A DNA stretch of 64,000 nucleotides from Mobula hypostoma (lineage: Eukaryota). Below the pieces are notes generated by a model. The model was not told where the DNA came from, ran no database searches, and saw only the letters and a list, made by a program, of their open reading frames with translations. Where the stretch lies: NCBI RefSeq assembly GCF_963921235.1, contig NC_086097.1:164054001-164118000 (forward strand), read 5' to 3'. The position numbers and the translations under genes were made by a program. Positions 1 to 12,455 of this stretch are shown here, one piece after another (the stretch's first letter is position 1; every line of letters begins with the position of its first letter).

Positions 1-1147
1 TTGGTTATTGTGTTGAGAATCCCAGGTGAAAATTACTGAGTGTTGAACAGAGAATACTCATCATACACACAACAACACATTTCACATCAGGTAAGTCAGT
101 GATGATTGATTCTGATTCTGACCTCATGGAGAAAATGATTATTAGACAAACCTTATTTTTATTGAACCTTTCAGTTTCTCTTACACCGCCTCATTCTCCT
201 TGGGAAAAAAATCTCTCCTTGGGGACATTTCTCTGCCTTAGGTCAGAATCATTTGATCTGAAGAACATATCTAAAAGGGATAATGAAATGCGTTAGTACT
301 AAACTACTGTTATGCTAATTTCTGAATAAATTTTAACGCTAAAGGAGTTGCTGTTTACCATAATATTTACAAGTATAAGAGAACATTTCTTCTCATCTAA
401 AGATTTCTATAACTTTTCAAATAGCTATCCCCTTGAAGAGGAATTGTTGTGAACACTCTTCACTCTCATTGCTTGGCTTTTAAAGCCTGAAATGACTTGA
501 GAACTTTATTGTTTATTCAGGCTGCTGTGTCCACCACAGATGGGTCAGTGATTCCACCATCCCTCACCAACCTTTTAATTTCTAAAACAAAGGGCAGTGA
601 TGAGTGCAGACGTGAAGGACTGATATGGATCATATCACCAGAGAAACCAGTCCAAAGGAAGTATTAAACCCAGCACATCAAAAGATCTGAATTAACAACA
701 ACAGAGATCCCATTCATGAACCAGGATGCATTCATCTTTCGCTGTGGATTTAGTCTGCTACAGTTTGAGAAATCCCATATTCAGTTTTGCTCTTGTGTTC
801 AGTGGTCGTCATCTAAAATATCATACATTTTATAACAGGACTGACGCTGTCTCATCACTGATATACTGTATGCATCAAGCTATTTTATCCCTTTTTTACG
901 CCTGAGGTGATGAAACCTAGAGTGGAAAGTGTTTAATTGGCTGATCACAAGTGGGGGTTCCAGTGAGGTCAGCTGTGACCTGCAGCAGCCTGTTTCCATC
1001 TACCAAGCTTGTGAACATCAGCATTCAAATGGAGAGCCACCTCCCGGACTACTCCTGGGTTTAGGGGCTGGATGCACTTTGCAGCTGGTATTTTTCTGCA
1101 CAGCTCCATATATTTAGATAGGGCTGCCAGCTGCCATTAAGGAAGAG

Positions 1148-1304
1148 AACACAAAAGACTGCAGATACTGGAATCCTGAGCAACACACAAACCACTGGAG
1201 GAACTCAACAGATCCAGCAATATCTGTGGAGGGTTCACTGTCCTTTTCCTTACATAGACACTGCCTGATCCACTGGCCTCCTCCAGTGGTTTGTGTTTTG
1301 CTCA
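1148..1304. mobile_element. Fold-back mini-element from Penelope-type terminal repeats
   Basis: tgagcaacacacaaaccactggagg pairs with cctccagtggtttgtgttttgctca; same family as 5610-5700. Confidence 0.65.
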
Positions 1305-2557
1305 TTAGAAGTGAATGCAAGTGTCATTTATTTTAAATTTTATTTCAGTGATGTTGATACTTACACATAATTTGCAATGAAGATAAGTTTTTAAGTGAAA
1401 TGTTTATTTTTTTGTGAATATTTCTAAATGCTTCTAATATCAAAGACAATTTGAGATGAGTAAAAGACCTTTCACAGGACAAGCTGCCAGAAGGTCCTGA
1501 GTGCAGTATGGATGAGAGCTTAGTTTCTCCCACCTGACAATGCTTGCCACTTATGAAGTGCTCCACCACACAATTACAGGGTCTACCAGCAGTGTTCTGG
1601 GAGCTGCATGACCTCAAACACTGTTTGGAGCCTAGAGGTAAACCACAAGGAGAAGCTAAGAAGTGCTTCTATAGCAATTGCAATCTAGCCCAATAAGATC
1701 CAGAAATAGCAAGAGAAAAAAAATCTACAAATGCTGGACTTCCAACATTAAAACAAAAAAATGGCAAAAAAAAAATAGCCACTGAGTTGGTCACTTTCTA
1801 CTAAAATTCAGGAAACCGGCAGACTGTGTTAGCAACATGTTTTATTGACTTTACCTTCTTCATTTTAAAATAACTTTCCAAACAAGGATTGGTACTTGTT
1901 TAGATGACATGGGTTTATTTCACAAATCCCCCACACTCTAGGTCAGATACCACGAGAAGGAACGAGTAATGACACATTTGTTTAGGGGTGAGTTTCCTGT
2001 GAGCTCTTGACAGAATCACTGCCACAGTCACAGCAAAATCTTTGGGGGGAGTGATGATATCGTTTTCAGTAAGGGTAGATGGATATAGCCTACACCTTTG
2101 CAGAGTGATAGAACATCAACGTAGACAAAGACTATAATAGTGTGTAACTTGGTCAGTATATGGCGACAACTTAAGTGGGCACCTTAGTGGGCATGACTGA
2201 GCTGGGCGACAGAGGCTGCTCCATCCTGTATTCCTTTATGGCCTGGGTTTTTGATGAAAGCCATGAGGTTGAATCCAGATAACAGCCACACGTTTTTAAA
2301 CTTCTTTCAATAAATAAACAATTAAAGAAATTAGCAGCAGTAGTGATAATATTTCATTGTAAATACCCACCTGGTTCACTTTTTGGCAGGGAGGGCAATT
2401 TGCCATTCTTGCCTTATTTGCCTCTTGTGCTCCTGAAAAGGTTTTGCAGTTCATTCAGTTCATCAGCCAACTGGTAATGGACAATGCGTACCAGCCGTGC
2501 TGGCAATGTGCATATCCAGTCAGCAACTCAAAAATACATTCCTAGGATCTCATAAAT

Positions 2558-2675
2558 ATGAGAAAGTCTGCAGATGTTGAGAATCCAAAGCAACGTAGAG
2601 GAGCTCAGCAGGTCAAGCAGCATCTACGGAAATGAATAAACAGCCATCGTTTTGAGCTGAGACCCTTCTAGGAAC
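2558..2675 (-). mobile_element. Penelope-type terminal repeat fragment
   Basis: Reverse complement resembles 5580-5705, including aagggtctcagctcaaaacg. Confidence 0.65.
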
Positions 2676-4793
2676 TTCCTTCAGGCCTGCTCATTAGTAG
2701 AGAAATGCGTAATTACAGAGATCAAAGCTGTGTTTAGAATGAGTCATTTTAATCTTCATATCGATTTAAAAATAGCATTGAAAGTAGAAAAGATAAATAA
2801 GTTTCTGAATGTATTTAGGACAGAATTCATGAGGGTGGAGCAAATAAAGCATAAGGTAATTACACAGAAGAATTGAGAAGCATCACAAGCGCAAAACTTT
2901 AAATGTCAATGACATAAATGAAGGATTGAAAAATGATTTGACTTCATTGTTTGGCAAACAATGAAAATTCAAAGATTTTGTTATCATATAGAACCGTAAC
3001 TTGCCCACTAAGGATCTACTTGCCTATTTAAATGACCATAGTGAACAAATTTAGTAATAAAATAATATCAACAGAGAGTTTGCACAAATGCAAGGGGAAG
3101 TGGAAATTTCCTTCACTGGGTGAATGATAAAGGACAAGAAAAAATAAATTATTGAACTGATAAAAAGAATACTTAAGAAATTTGAAAATATTTCAAATTT
3201 AACAAAGCTTTTACAAATATATTGAGAGAAAGATTGTGATAATTATGAATGTGAACCATGAAAAACAATTGCAGCTGAAATACTCCTGAATTAATGTTTG
3301 ATGCTTTGGATGGCTCCTCTCAATCCCACAATTTCAAGCACCAGTGTAAAAGGAAGCAAGACATACATACTTCCCCCTGAGTCATATATCAACCTCCCTC
3401 ATCATTGTTCTGTCATTGCCACTGGACGTACAACCTGAAATTCCCTTCCATACAGCAGTTTGCCACATGGATGACAGTAGTTCAGGAAGACAGTTTATCG
3501 CCACCTTTTCTGAGTAAATTAGAAATGGTGTGAAATGTTCAATTGTTAACATCACCTGTAAATGGATTTAAAACTTGTTTAATTAAGGGTTTTTATCCAC
3601 AGAAAGAAAACAAAATGCAGGCAGGAGAGAAGAACTTTAACATTAGTCAAGATAGACACTTAGTGGATTTAACACTTGTTAAAATAAATCCCAAATCTAG
3701 CTAGTGAAAACAAGTTTGCACTAAACAAATAATCTGCCATCAGGAGAGGTGTAATAAAGCAAATGCTGAAGCTTTTCAAATGATTGGACTGTGGAGCAAG
3801 TCAGAACTTGTATGCAGACATCTCAAACGTCTTGATGAAGGGTCTCCCTCCATATTTCCAGCATTTGCTGATTTTCTAGTGACTGTCTTTTTATGTAATT
3901 CACTTTCTGAGTTTAGCATAAAGGAAAAATGAGAAGTTTGACCTTCACACCCTTAAATTATCAAACAATAAATAGGTATGTGTTCTGAATGGTGATGGAA
4001 GTCTGTAGGATGCATCAAATAATTCTTTAGACAGCTGCACACTGAAAAATATCAGAAACGTCTCATGCAATGCACATGAGTAATTGTTTGAAATGTTACT
4101 TAGACATCATTGGGCACTGCCCATCATGATGGATATAAGACATTCTCCATAATAGCTACACTGATGAAAAGAAAGCCTGAGAGAGGTACTGTTGACAAAT
4201 TAAGAAATTGCTTATTCCATTGATTCTAACCCACATTTTAGTTTTGAATATATTTTACCCATTCAAAAAAAATCATTTTAATTTTCATTGCTAACTTTTT
4301 GCAGGTAACCATTTTTGTGATGTCTGAAGTGTTAAAAGTAAATAGATTTCTGGGTCTCCAGTATGGTGCCATTCATCAGAATAAAGCAGATTCCTCACAA
4401 AAGAGGGCCGACCAAGAATGGGGAACTAATAATTGAAAATAGAAACAAAGCTACAATTCTAAATAACTATTTTGGATTAGTATGATCACTAACAACAATC
4501 TGATGATAATAAATTAATGAAAGTGCTATGGAAGGGAAAAATTTAAACAATCTTTATCACCAGAGAAAAATAATAAGTAAACAGAAGAGGTTAATAACCG
4601 ACAAGTTCCTGGACCTGATTGTTTACATCACAGTTTTTTAAAGTATGTAGCTGCAGAGATAGTGAACTCAATGGTTTTAATCTATTAAAATTCCATGAAA
4701 TGGGAAACTGCAGTTGTAAAACCATTGTTGAAGAAAAGAGGGAGACAGAGAGCAGGAAATTATGGGCTAGTTGGCCTAATATTGGCCCACCAC

Positions 4794-5708
4794 CAAGCAC
4801 TTTCTGCTTACCGCAGGGATCGCTCCCTACGCAACTCCCTTGTCCATTCGTCCCTCCCCACTGAACTCCCTCCTAGCACTTATCCTTGTAAGCAGAACAA
4901 GTTCTACACCTGCCCCCTATACCTATCTCTCACTACCATTCAGGGCCCCAAACAGTCCTTCCAGGTGAGATGATACTTCACCTGTGAGTCTGTTGGTGGG
5001 GGGGTCATACACTGTGTCCGGAGCTCCTGATGTTGCCTCCTGTATATCAGTGAGACCCGACATAGACTGGGAGACAGTTTCGCTGAGTATCTACACTCTC
5101 TCCGCCAGAGAAAGCAGAATCTCCCAGTGACCACCCACTTTAATTCCACTTCTCATTCCCATTCCGATATATCTATTAGTGGCCTCCTGTACTGTCGCAA
5201 TGAGGCCACACTCAGGTTGGAGGAGCAACACCTTATATTCCATTTGGGTAGCCTCCAACCTGATGGCATGAACATCAATTTATCAAACCCATCCCCACCC
5301 TTTCCTTCACCAATCCCATCCCCTTTTCCCTCTCTCGCCTTATCTCCTTGCCTACCTATCACCTCCCTCTGGTGCTCCTCCCTCTTTTTCTTTCTTCCAT
5401 GGCCTTTTGTCCTCTCCTATTAGATTCCCACTTCTTCAGCCCTGTATCTCTTTCACCAATCAACTTCCTAGCTCTTTACTTCACCCCTGCCTCTCACAGT
5501 TTCACCTATCACCTAGTGTTTCTCCCTCCCTTCCACCCACCTTTTAAATCTGCTCCTCATCTTTTTCTCTCCAGCCCTGCTAAAGGGTCTCGGCCCAAAA
5601 CATTGACTGTTTACTCTTTACCATGGATGCTGCCTGGCCTTCTGAATTCCTGCAGCATTTTGTGTGTGTTGCTTGGATTTCCAGCATCTGCAGATTTTCC
5701 CTTGTTTA
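4794..5708 (+). mobile_element. 5'-truncated Penelope-like element (GIY-YIG C-terminus plus terminal repeat) inserted in a CR1 remnant
   Basis: LYISETRHRLGDSFAE and THFNSTSHSHSD...LRLEEQHLIFHLGSLQPDGMN; decayed hammerhead at about 5575-5609; TGGCCTAAT repeated at 4772-4780 and 5709-5717. Confidence 0.8.
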
Positions 5709-6129
5709 TGGCCTAATGCTTTGCCACCAGGAAAATACTGGAATCCATTATTAAGGATGGGCCACCAGGACTCTTTAAATATAAAAAAGCAATCAAGCAG
5801 AATCAAGCTCAGTCACAAACAAGAGACTTGCCTCCTGTTCTGCTCCTGTACGCTTCCTCATTGCCATCTGAATTTCTGCCAACAGCAGTGGTCCCAGTGG
5901 CAAATTTTTATAAATGCCATTTGAGCTGTGCCTAGCCACACGGTCATGAGTGCAGGCAGATCAGAGCATGCATCCTTGAGATATGCCTGTGTTGATTGGA
6001 ACCAATGTCATGCCAAACATGCTTCACCATTCAAAAAGTTATGTCTGTCCACCCCTCTGGTCTTGCTGCACTTTCCTGCACAATCCTCACAACTGCCGTT
6101 CATCATCACTGGTCCAACTTTCTAGAGGG

Positions 6130-6755
6130 GGGTACAGAGGCTCAGGTTGTGAAGCTTGTTATATTAATCCTGAGGGGATGATGGTGTTCCATGCTGAGCT
6201 GTAATCAATAAACAGCAACCTCATATGGATATTGCTGTTGAGCAGATGGTTCAAATCCCAGTGGAGAGCTGGTGAGATTGTGTCCACTGTAGACCTGTTG
6301 TGGCAGTAGGCAAAATTCAAGGTCCTTGCTCAGGCATGACCAACCTCTCATAGCTCTTCATCACAGTATATGTGAATGTTACTGGCAATAGTTGTTGAGG
6401 CAGCTCACCCTCTTCTTCTTGAACACCATTATGATTGATGCCCTTTTGAAGCAGGTAGAAATCCTCAATGGTAGCTGTGAGAAATTAAAGATGTTCTTGA
6501 AATCTCCCACCAGTTGGTTGGTACAAGTTTATAGCAACCTGCCAGGTACACTACTGGGGCCTGACACCTTGCATAGGATGCTCTGACATTGGCCTCCGAG
6601 ACAGAGATCACGGTGTTTCTGGATGCTGTGGGGATTGACACAGGCGTAGCTTTATTTTCCCTGTGTGAAAGGTGTTGAGCTCACTGGGAGTGAAGCATTA
6701 CAGCCAACTACGCCGTTAGGTGTCTCGTTAGGCTTGCAAACGCTGCCACACCTGA
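6130..6755 (-). mobile_element. Rex/Babar-like LINE RT fragment
   Basis: Minus strand shows decayed tgcttcaaaagggcatcaatc (CFKRASI) and aataacaagcttcacaacctg (NKLHNL) segments similar to this clade. Confidence 0.55.
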
Positions 6756-8111
6756 TGTTTTAGAGATGTGGGCTTTGCAAGTTGAGCCAGCACTTAATTA
6801 CACATCCCTAATTGCTTTTGAGAAGTTGGTGAAAATTTAATTTTTCAACCACTGTGGTCCTTGACCCACAATACTGTTAGGAAGAGAGTTCTAGAAAGTT
6901 GGCTCAATGACAATGAATGGCAATTATGAGGATTTTGCAGAAATGTGGAGTAAGACCAAAGGTCAGAACAGACATAGCTTTTTGAATCACTTTTGGCATG
7001 ACATGACATCGTATGCCCTTCTAATTTCAACACTTCACACCCTCTGCTATTTTTTTTGAAACTATTTGCACATCTTCAAGGCCGTTCTTCGACTTTAATA
7101 CCTGTCCCATTTCATTTCATTTTCTTTTGCTGTCTTACCACTTTTGTCACCTAATCAAACCCCAGCATCACTTGATGATAGCTCCTTGTTTGTTCTTTCC
7201 CAGACCTATTGTCCCTGGCTTTGTACTCACATAAAAGTCAAGCACGTTTCACTTTTGATGGAAGATTCATTTCCTATGTCTTTGAATGTTTTTAATAGCT
7301 TCAGAATCTGTATTATTTAAAAGAGAAAAGTTTCCACAATTATATGTGTTTTTGGATGTGCTTTGTTTAAGGGGCATAAATTAAGTTTTGATGGCTTCGA
7401 TCTTTAATCTTCATAACAACTGTAAGCTAATGAGAGGCTTAAATAAGATCGATGATCTACATTATGTGCTTTCATTGGCATTGACTTCTTGCACTGCTTT
7501 CTCTGTTACTTTTAAAGGTTTTTATCTAAGTTATGCTTTACCTTAAAAGACTTCAGGAAAAAAATTAGGACTCGGTAATCTTTAACACATCTGAAATTTC
7601 AATGACCCAGAGATTTCCAGCTCAGGTATTTGCTATTCTCAGAATAAGTGGAACCACCGTGAACGTGCTAATAATATAAGGGATAGAAGAAGGGTTAAGC
7701 CAGTCACCTTCTTAAGCCTAGAGTTCACTGTAGATCAAATTAATCAAGATCCTCTCCCCAAATCTACTTACTACCTCATTGAAATATTCCTTGAGAACAC
7801 TGGTATCTAAAAATAACCTTGAATATACTCACCAAATGAACATTTGCAGCCCTCTGGAGGGAGTGGAGTCTAACTATTAAGACCATAATTTGAGACAATG
7901 TTGAATAGCAACATATTGAAAACTGAACCATTTAGCTTTTAATAGATTTACAGTTTATCTGTTTTCTGTTTTCTCTGATAAGCTTTAATGGCTTGAGTGC
8001 TAGATTTAATCCAAAGAAAACATTTTAATGTAAATTTAACCAAAATTCTCGTCCTGAAAGAAATGGCTAAAATCACAAAGCATCATTCAAATTTGAAATG
8101 GATAACAAGGT

Positions 8112-8280
8112 TGCATCTACATGTAAAGAGCAGCAATCTGCTGGAGGAACTCAGTGAGTGAAGCCTTCCTGATGCAGGGTTTCAAGCTGCAGCATTAACA
8201 ATCCCTCTCCCTACATAGATGCTGCTCGACCCACTGAGTTCCTCCAGCAGATTACTTGTTGCTCCTTACATGTAGATGCA
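8112..8280. mobile_element. Fold-back mini-element of the same family
   Basis: Perfect 15-bp inverted termini tgcatctacatgtaa/ttacatgtagatgca; inner arms aatctgctggaggaactcagtg/cactgagttcctccagcagatt. Confidence 0.75.
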
Positions 8281-8415
8281 GAATATTTGTTGTTCCAGAT
8301 TTTAATGATTGCATTTTCTTGTGTCTACAATGAAGAAGTTGTTCTCTTCAAGAAGAACTGTGAAGGTGTTTAAGTTAATTACCCTGGTTCAAGTTTCTTC
8401 CTGTTCCTTTTTCAG

Positions 8416-8689
8416 TGTCTACCAGGTCATTGTGGAAGAAGAGCGCCCACACAGGGCAAAGAAGGACATAAACGTTCCGGACTGCTATCTTAATCCCATC
8501 ACCTACCAGAACATCTCAGTTTCAGATCCTCCTCATTATTTTGCTGCTGAATTTCCACCAACAGCCCTCAAAGTGGCCCAGCCATTTACCATTGGAGATA
8601 ACAAGACGTACGGTGGCTACTGGAATGCTCCACTTCTTCCGCATAAGAGTTACAGCATTTACTTTCAAGCAGTGAGCAAAGCCAATGGG
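8416..8689 (+). CDS. PTPRM: PTPRM internal coding exon (4th fibronectin type III region with proprotein-convertase site), 274 nt
   Basis: Pyrimidine tract + AG at 8414-8415; donor GTAAGT at 8690. Translates VYQVIVEEERPHRAKK...HYFAAEFP...QPFTIGDNKTYGGYWNAPLLPHKSYSIYFQAVSKANG, typical of type IIB receptor PTPs. Ends phase 0. Confidence 0.93.
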
Positions 8690-9129
8690 GTAAGTGTCCA
8701 TACCCTCAACACTTATGATACGAATAAAATACCCACAGAGGCCCTTATTCATATCTACTTAAAGTTTTCCCATTTCTTTCAAATGAAGTTGGAAAAGTAT
8801 CTTAGTATTGATTGTGTTGTGGGTCATCTTGAACAATTTAATAAGTACTTTTTGGACAGCCAGTTAAGGATTTTTTGAGGCTCAGGTTCAAAGCTGTGGT
8901 CCAAACACTGATATACTAGTTAGCCTGTTCCACTAGTTAACTCCTATCTATTCCTTTGGCAATACAAAACTAATTCTAAGCAAACTATGACAATTTCCTC
9001 AAGAAACTAAGGAAGAGGTCATACTGTTCTTCATACTGGGAAATGAGCCTGTCCAGTTCATCAGAGTTTCAGTGAGGGAGCATGTCGGGAACAGTGACAA
9101 TTGGTACTCCATATGTTTTTAAATAGTTA

Positions 9130-10925
9130 GGAATAAGGATAAGACTGAACCCTAGAAAAAAGTGTTAGATTGAGGAAGGCTAATTACAAAATATTAAGCT
9201 TGAGCTGGAAAGGCAATTTAGGGAGTAGCAGCTATTGGGTAAGTCCAAATCTGACATCTGGTCCGAATGAAGGACGAACATGTTCCTGTGATGGAACAGG
9301 ACAAGAATGGCATGGTTCAAGCACCTTGGACCTAAGTTGTTAAAGACTTAGTCAAAAAGAGAAAAGAAATATATAAAATTTGGGAAGCCAGAATCGACAG
9401 GGTCTTTGAGGAATATGAAGGAAGAAGGAAAGAACTTAAATAGTTCTTGCTCAATAGGTTTACAAGTAAAACTCTGCCTTGATTGGAGTAAGTGCTATAA
9501 TGAGAGGTTGGACAAACTTGGGTTGTTTTCTTTGGAGCATCGAAGGCTGAAGAGAGAGCTGATGAAGGTATATAAGATTATGAGAGGTATAGATAGAGTA
9601 GACCGACAGTATCTTTCACCCAGGGCTGAAATATCTAAAACCAGAGGGCATGCATTTAAGGCAAGAGAGGGTAATTTCAAAGGAGATGTGAGAGTGGTGA
9701 GTGCCGTGGAATGCTCTGTCTGGGATGGTGGTAGAGGCAGCTACATTAGAGCCTCTTCAGAGACATTTAGATAGGAACATAAATGTGAGAAAAATGGAGG
9801 ATATGGATATTGTGTAAGCAGAGGAGATTAGTTTAGTTGGCCATTTGAATATTACATAACAGTTCCATATCCACAACATTGCGGGCCAAAGGAAAGTCTC
9901 TGTTCCTGTGTTGTATAGGACTATGTCTTATGTTCTAAACAGGGAATTGGGGGTAAAAGCTACTATAAGATATCCTTGGCAAGTGCAGTTAAGGAAATTC
10001 CTGAGGTATGTTAAACATATATTAAAAATAAGAGGGTAACCACAATAAGGATAAAGCACTAAAGGGTAAAAGAGGGACTTTATGACCGGACTCAGTGAGA
10101 GGTGGAAAGGAACTTAATGAGTACCTACCATTGGAAACAACCAATGCAACGGACATTAAGGATAGTGAGATCAGGGAGGGGTATGTTGACATTCCAGGGA
10201 GACTACGGACATGAAGGACAGTGAGATCGGGGGGGGGGGTGGGGGGGTGGTATGTTGACCTTCCAGGGAGACCACAGACATTAAAGACAGTGAGATTGGG
10301 GGGGGGGGTATGTTGACATTCCAGGGAGATCATGGACATTAAAGTGAGTGAGCTCAGGGAGGGGTATGTTAACATTCCAGGGAGATCATGGACATTAAGG
10401 ACAGTGAGATCAGGGAGGAGTATGTTGACATTCCAGGAATTGCTAATATCAAGAAGAAGCTGGTGTTCGATGCCTTGAGGAACAACAAAAAGGATAAATC
10501 CCCAGGGCCTGACTGAATTTATCCCATGTTATTGAGGGAGACAGGAGAGGAAATTGCTGGGACCTTGACAAAGATCTTTGTATCCTTTTTAGTTGCAGGT
10601 GAGTTCCCAGATGATTGGAGAATAGCCAATGCTGGGCAATAGTGAAGAACAAACAACGTATAGGTTAATGAGCTTCACATCAGTGGTAGGGAAATCATTG
10701 GAGAAGGTTCTAAAGGATGGGATTTACCCACATATGGAAAAACATGTATTTTCTAGAATTAGTCAGCATGGCTCTAGGCAGGAGAAGTCAGGTACTACAG
10801 ACTTGACTAAGTCCTTTGATGATGTGGTAAAGCTGCTGATGTGGGCACAACAGTGGATGTTGTCTATATGGACTTTAGTGAAGCATTCAACAAGGCTTCT
10901 GGGTAGGTTGGTCCAAAGATAGAGC
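9130..10925 (+). mobile_element. Decayed CR1 ORF2 segment containing a CR1 3' fragment (about 9480-9935) and a minisatellite
   Basis: ERLDKLGLFSLEHRRL, KTRGHAFK; gataaatccccagggcctga (KSPGPD); SFTSVVGKSLE. Confidence 0.75.
10152..10438 (+). repeat. Minisatellite, 5 units of about 56 bp
   Basis: Unit GGACATTAAGGACAGTGAGATCAGGGAGGGGTATGTTGACATTCCAGGGAGATCAT; units 2 and 3 have expanded G runs. Confidence 0.95.
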
Positions 10926-12189
10926 TCAAGGTAAAATGTCCACTTCCATTTGCCTTCATGGATCTTTGCCTCAGTTGTTTCAAATAATAGATATTATTCA
11001 CATGTATTTCATAATTTGCTGAGAAAATAGTGGAGAAAATGGAAAGTGCTACAGCTTCTCAGTAAAGATTTTCCTAGAACAATAGAGTGTCTGGGTGGCC
11101 ACAAAGTTAGATTGACCAGTGAATTACCCAATTATCTGCCTCCTGGCTGTCTCTGTCTTAATATGTAGCCATTGTTATCTGAGTAATTTCAGGTTGTCAG
11201 CATCTTTGGTCAATAACTTCTAAGACTCACTTGTGTCAATCTCAATTGTAGCAATAGCCACAGAAAAGCACATAACAATTTTGTTCATATTCTTAGACAC
11301 TCCCTTTGGTTCAAGGTTGACTTTCTTCCAGTTTGCTCTTCTGGGTTTTGAGGTGGCAAATGAAGCCAAGTTAAAAAGCACTGATTCTTTCCCAGATTGG
11401 GCAGGAAGTAGCAGGTGGGCCAGCACGGAAGCTAGATTATGAGGTGGTGTGATCCCTTCACTATCTACACAGTGCCTTTGACTGCTCCCAGTGCATGGCA
11501 TAGAAGTTCTCAATACCATCCCAAATGTAGAGATTGTTAACATCAATGGGGTCCTTTTCTGAAGAAAATGCTTAGAGTAAGGCCTGTTTGTAATGAAAAC
11601 TTTGTTTCATCAAGGAGTCAAACAAGAGAGCTAATGGAAACAAACTAATCAAGCACAGATATCAATTTTATTGTATCATCACCTGTTTTAGAGGCTGGAA
11701 AGATTCCCACATCACCTATGCCATGACAAGTACCTATGCCTGCTGGACTAACTGCCATCTAATCCTCTTCATCATCTCAATCAAACTGGCCCATAAGAAT
11801 CAGCATCAAAATGAGCATTGTTGAATGAAGTTCAACACCAAAGGTGTCTCTTATTGAACAGAGCTTCAAAGTAACCTTTAAACTCCCAGCCTATGGAGCC
11901 AATAAGTGTACCCTACTTATAGATAGCTCAGACATCTCCCATAATTAGGAGCCATGAAATGACTTTGGTAACTATAGATGATCTCCCTACTGCTTAACAT
12001 TGTCAGAATCCTCCATAATTGAAATCTTTCAGTGAGTGAAGAATTGGTTCCTGATTCACGCTATGGACAAAGTCTTCAATGAGAGACATGATCTTTATCA
12101 TGTGAAGAATCCATGAAAGATGCAAGAAACAACACTGAGCACAATGCATGGGCTTTTAACAACCTCATCAAAGCCTTTGACATAGACAA

Positions 12190-12455
12190 AGTTCAAAGAA
12201 ACTTTATTATCCAAGTATATACATGTCACCATATACGACCCTGAGATTCATTTACTTGTAGGCATTCACAGTAAATACAAAGAAACACAATAGGATCATT
12301 GAAAAATCTCACACAACAAGACAGGCAAACAACCAATGTGAAAAAGACAACAAGCTGTGCAAATACGAAAAGAAAAATACCAAACAAAATAATGATAAAA
12401 ATTAAATAAGCAATAAATAATTGAGAACATGGGATAAAGAGTCCTTGAAAGTGAG
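12190..12455 (-). mobile_element. 3' UTR fragment of the Rex/Babar-like family
   Basis: Similar to 25655-25915 and to 48780 onward. Confidence 0.7.

Noticed and set aside
1..8415. Preceding PTPRM exon (...RGAPVS)
   Set aside because: No matching splice-bounded segment seen; probably upstream of the window.
8309..8878. 189-aa ORF as a standalone gene
   Set aside because: Only 8416-8689 is PTPRM-like and splice-bounded; the rest is intron in frame.
10152..10438. CRISPR-like array
   Set aside because: Units are contiguous with no unique spacers; vertebrate context, no cas genes.
11660..12185. Very old RTE-like RT remnant (ctcatcaaagcctttgac, LIKAFD)
   Set aside because: Too decayed to define family or boundaries without alignment.
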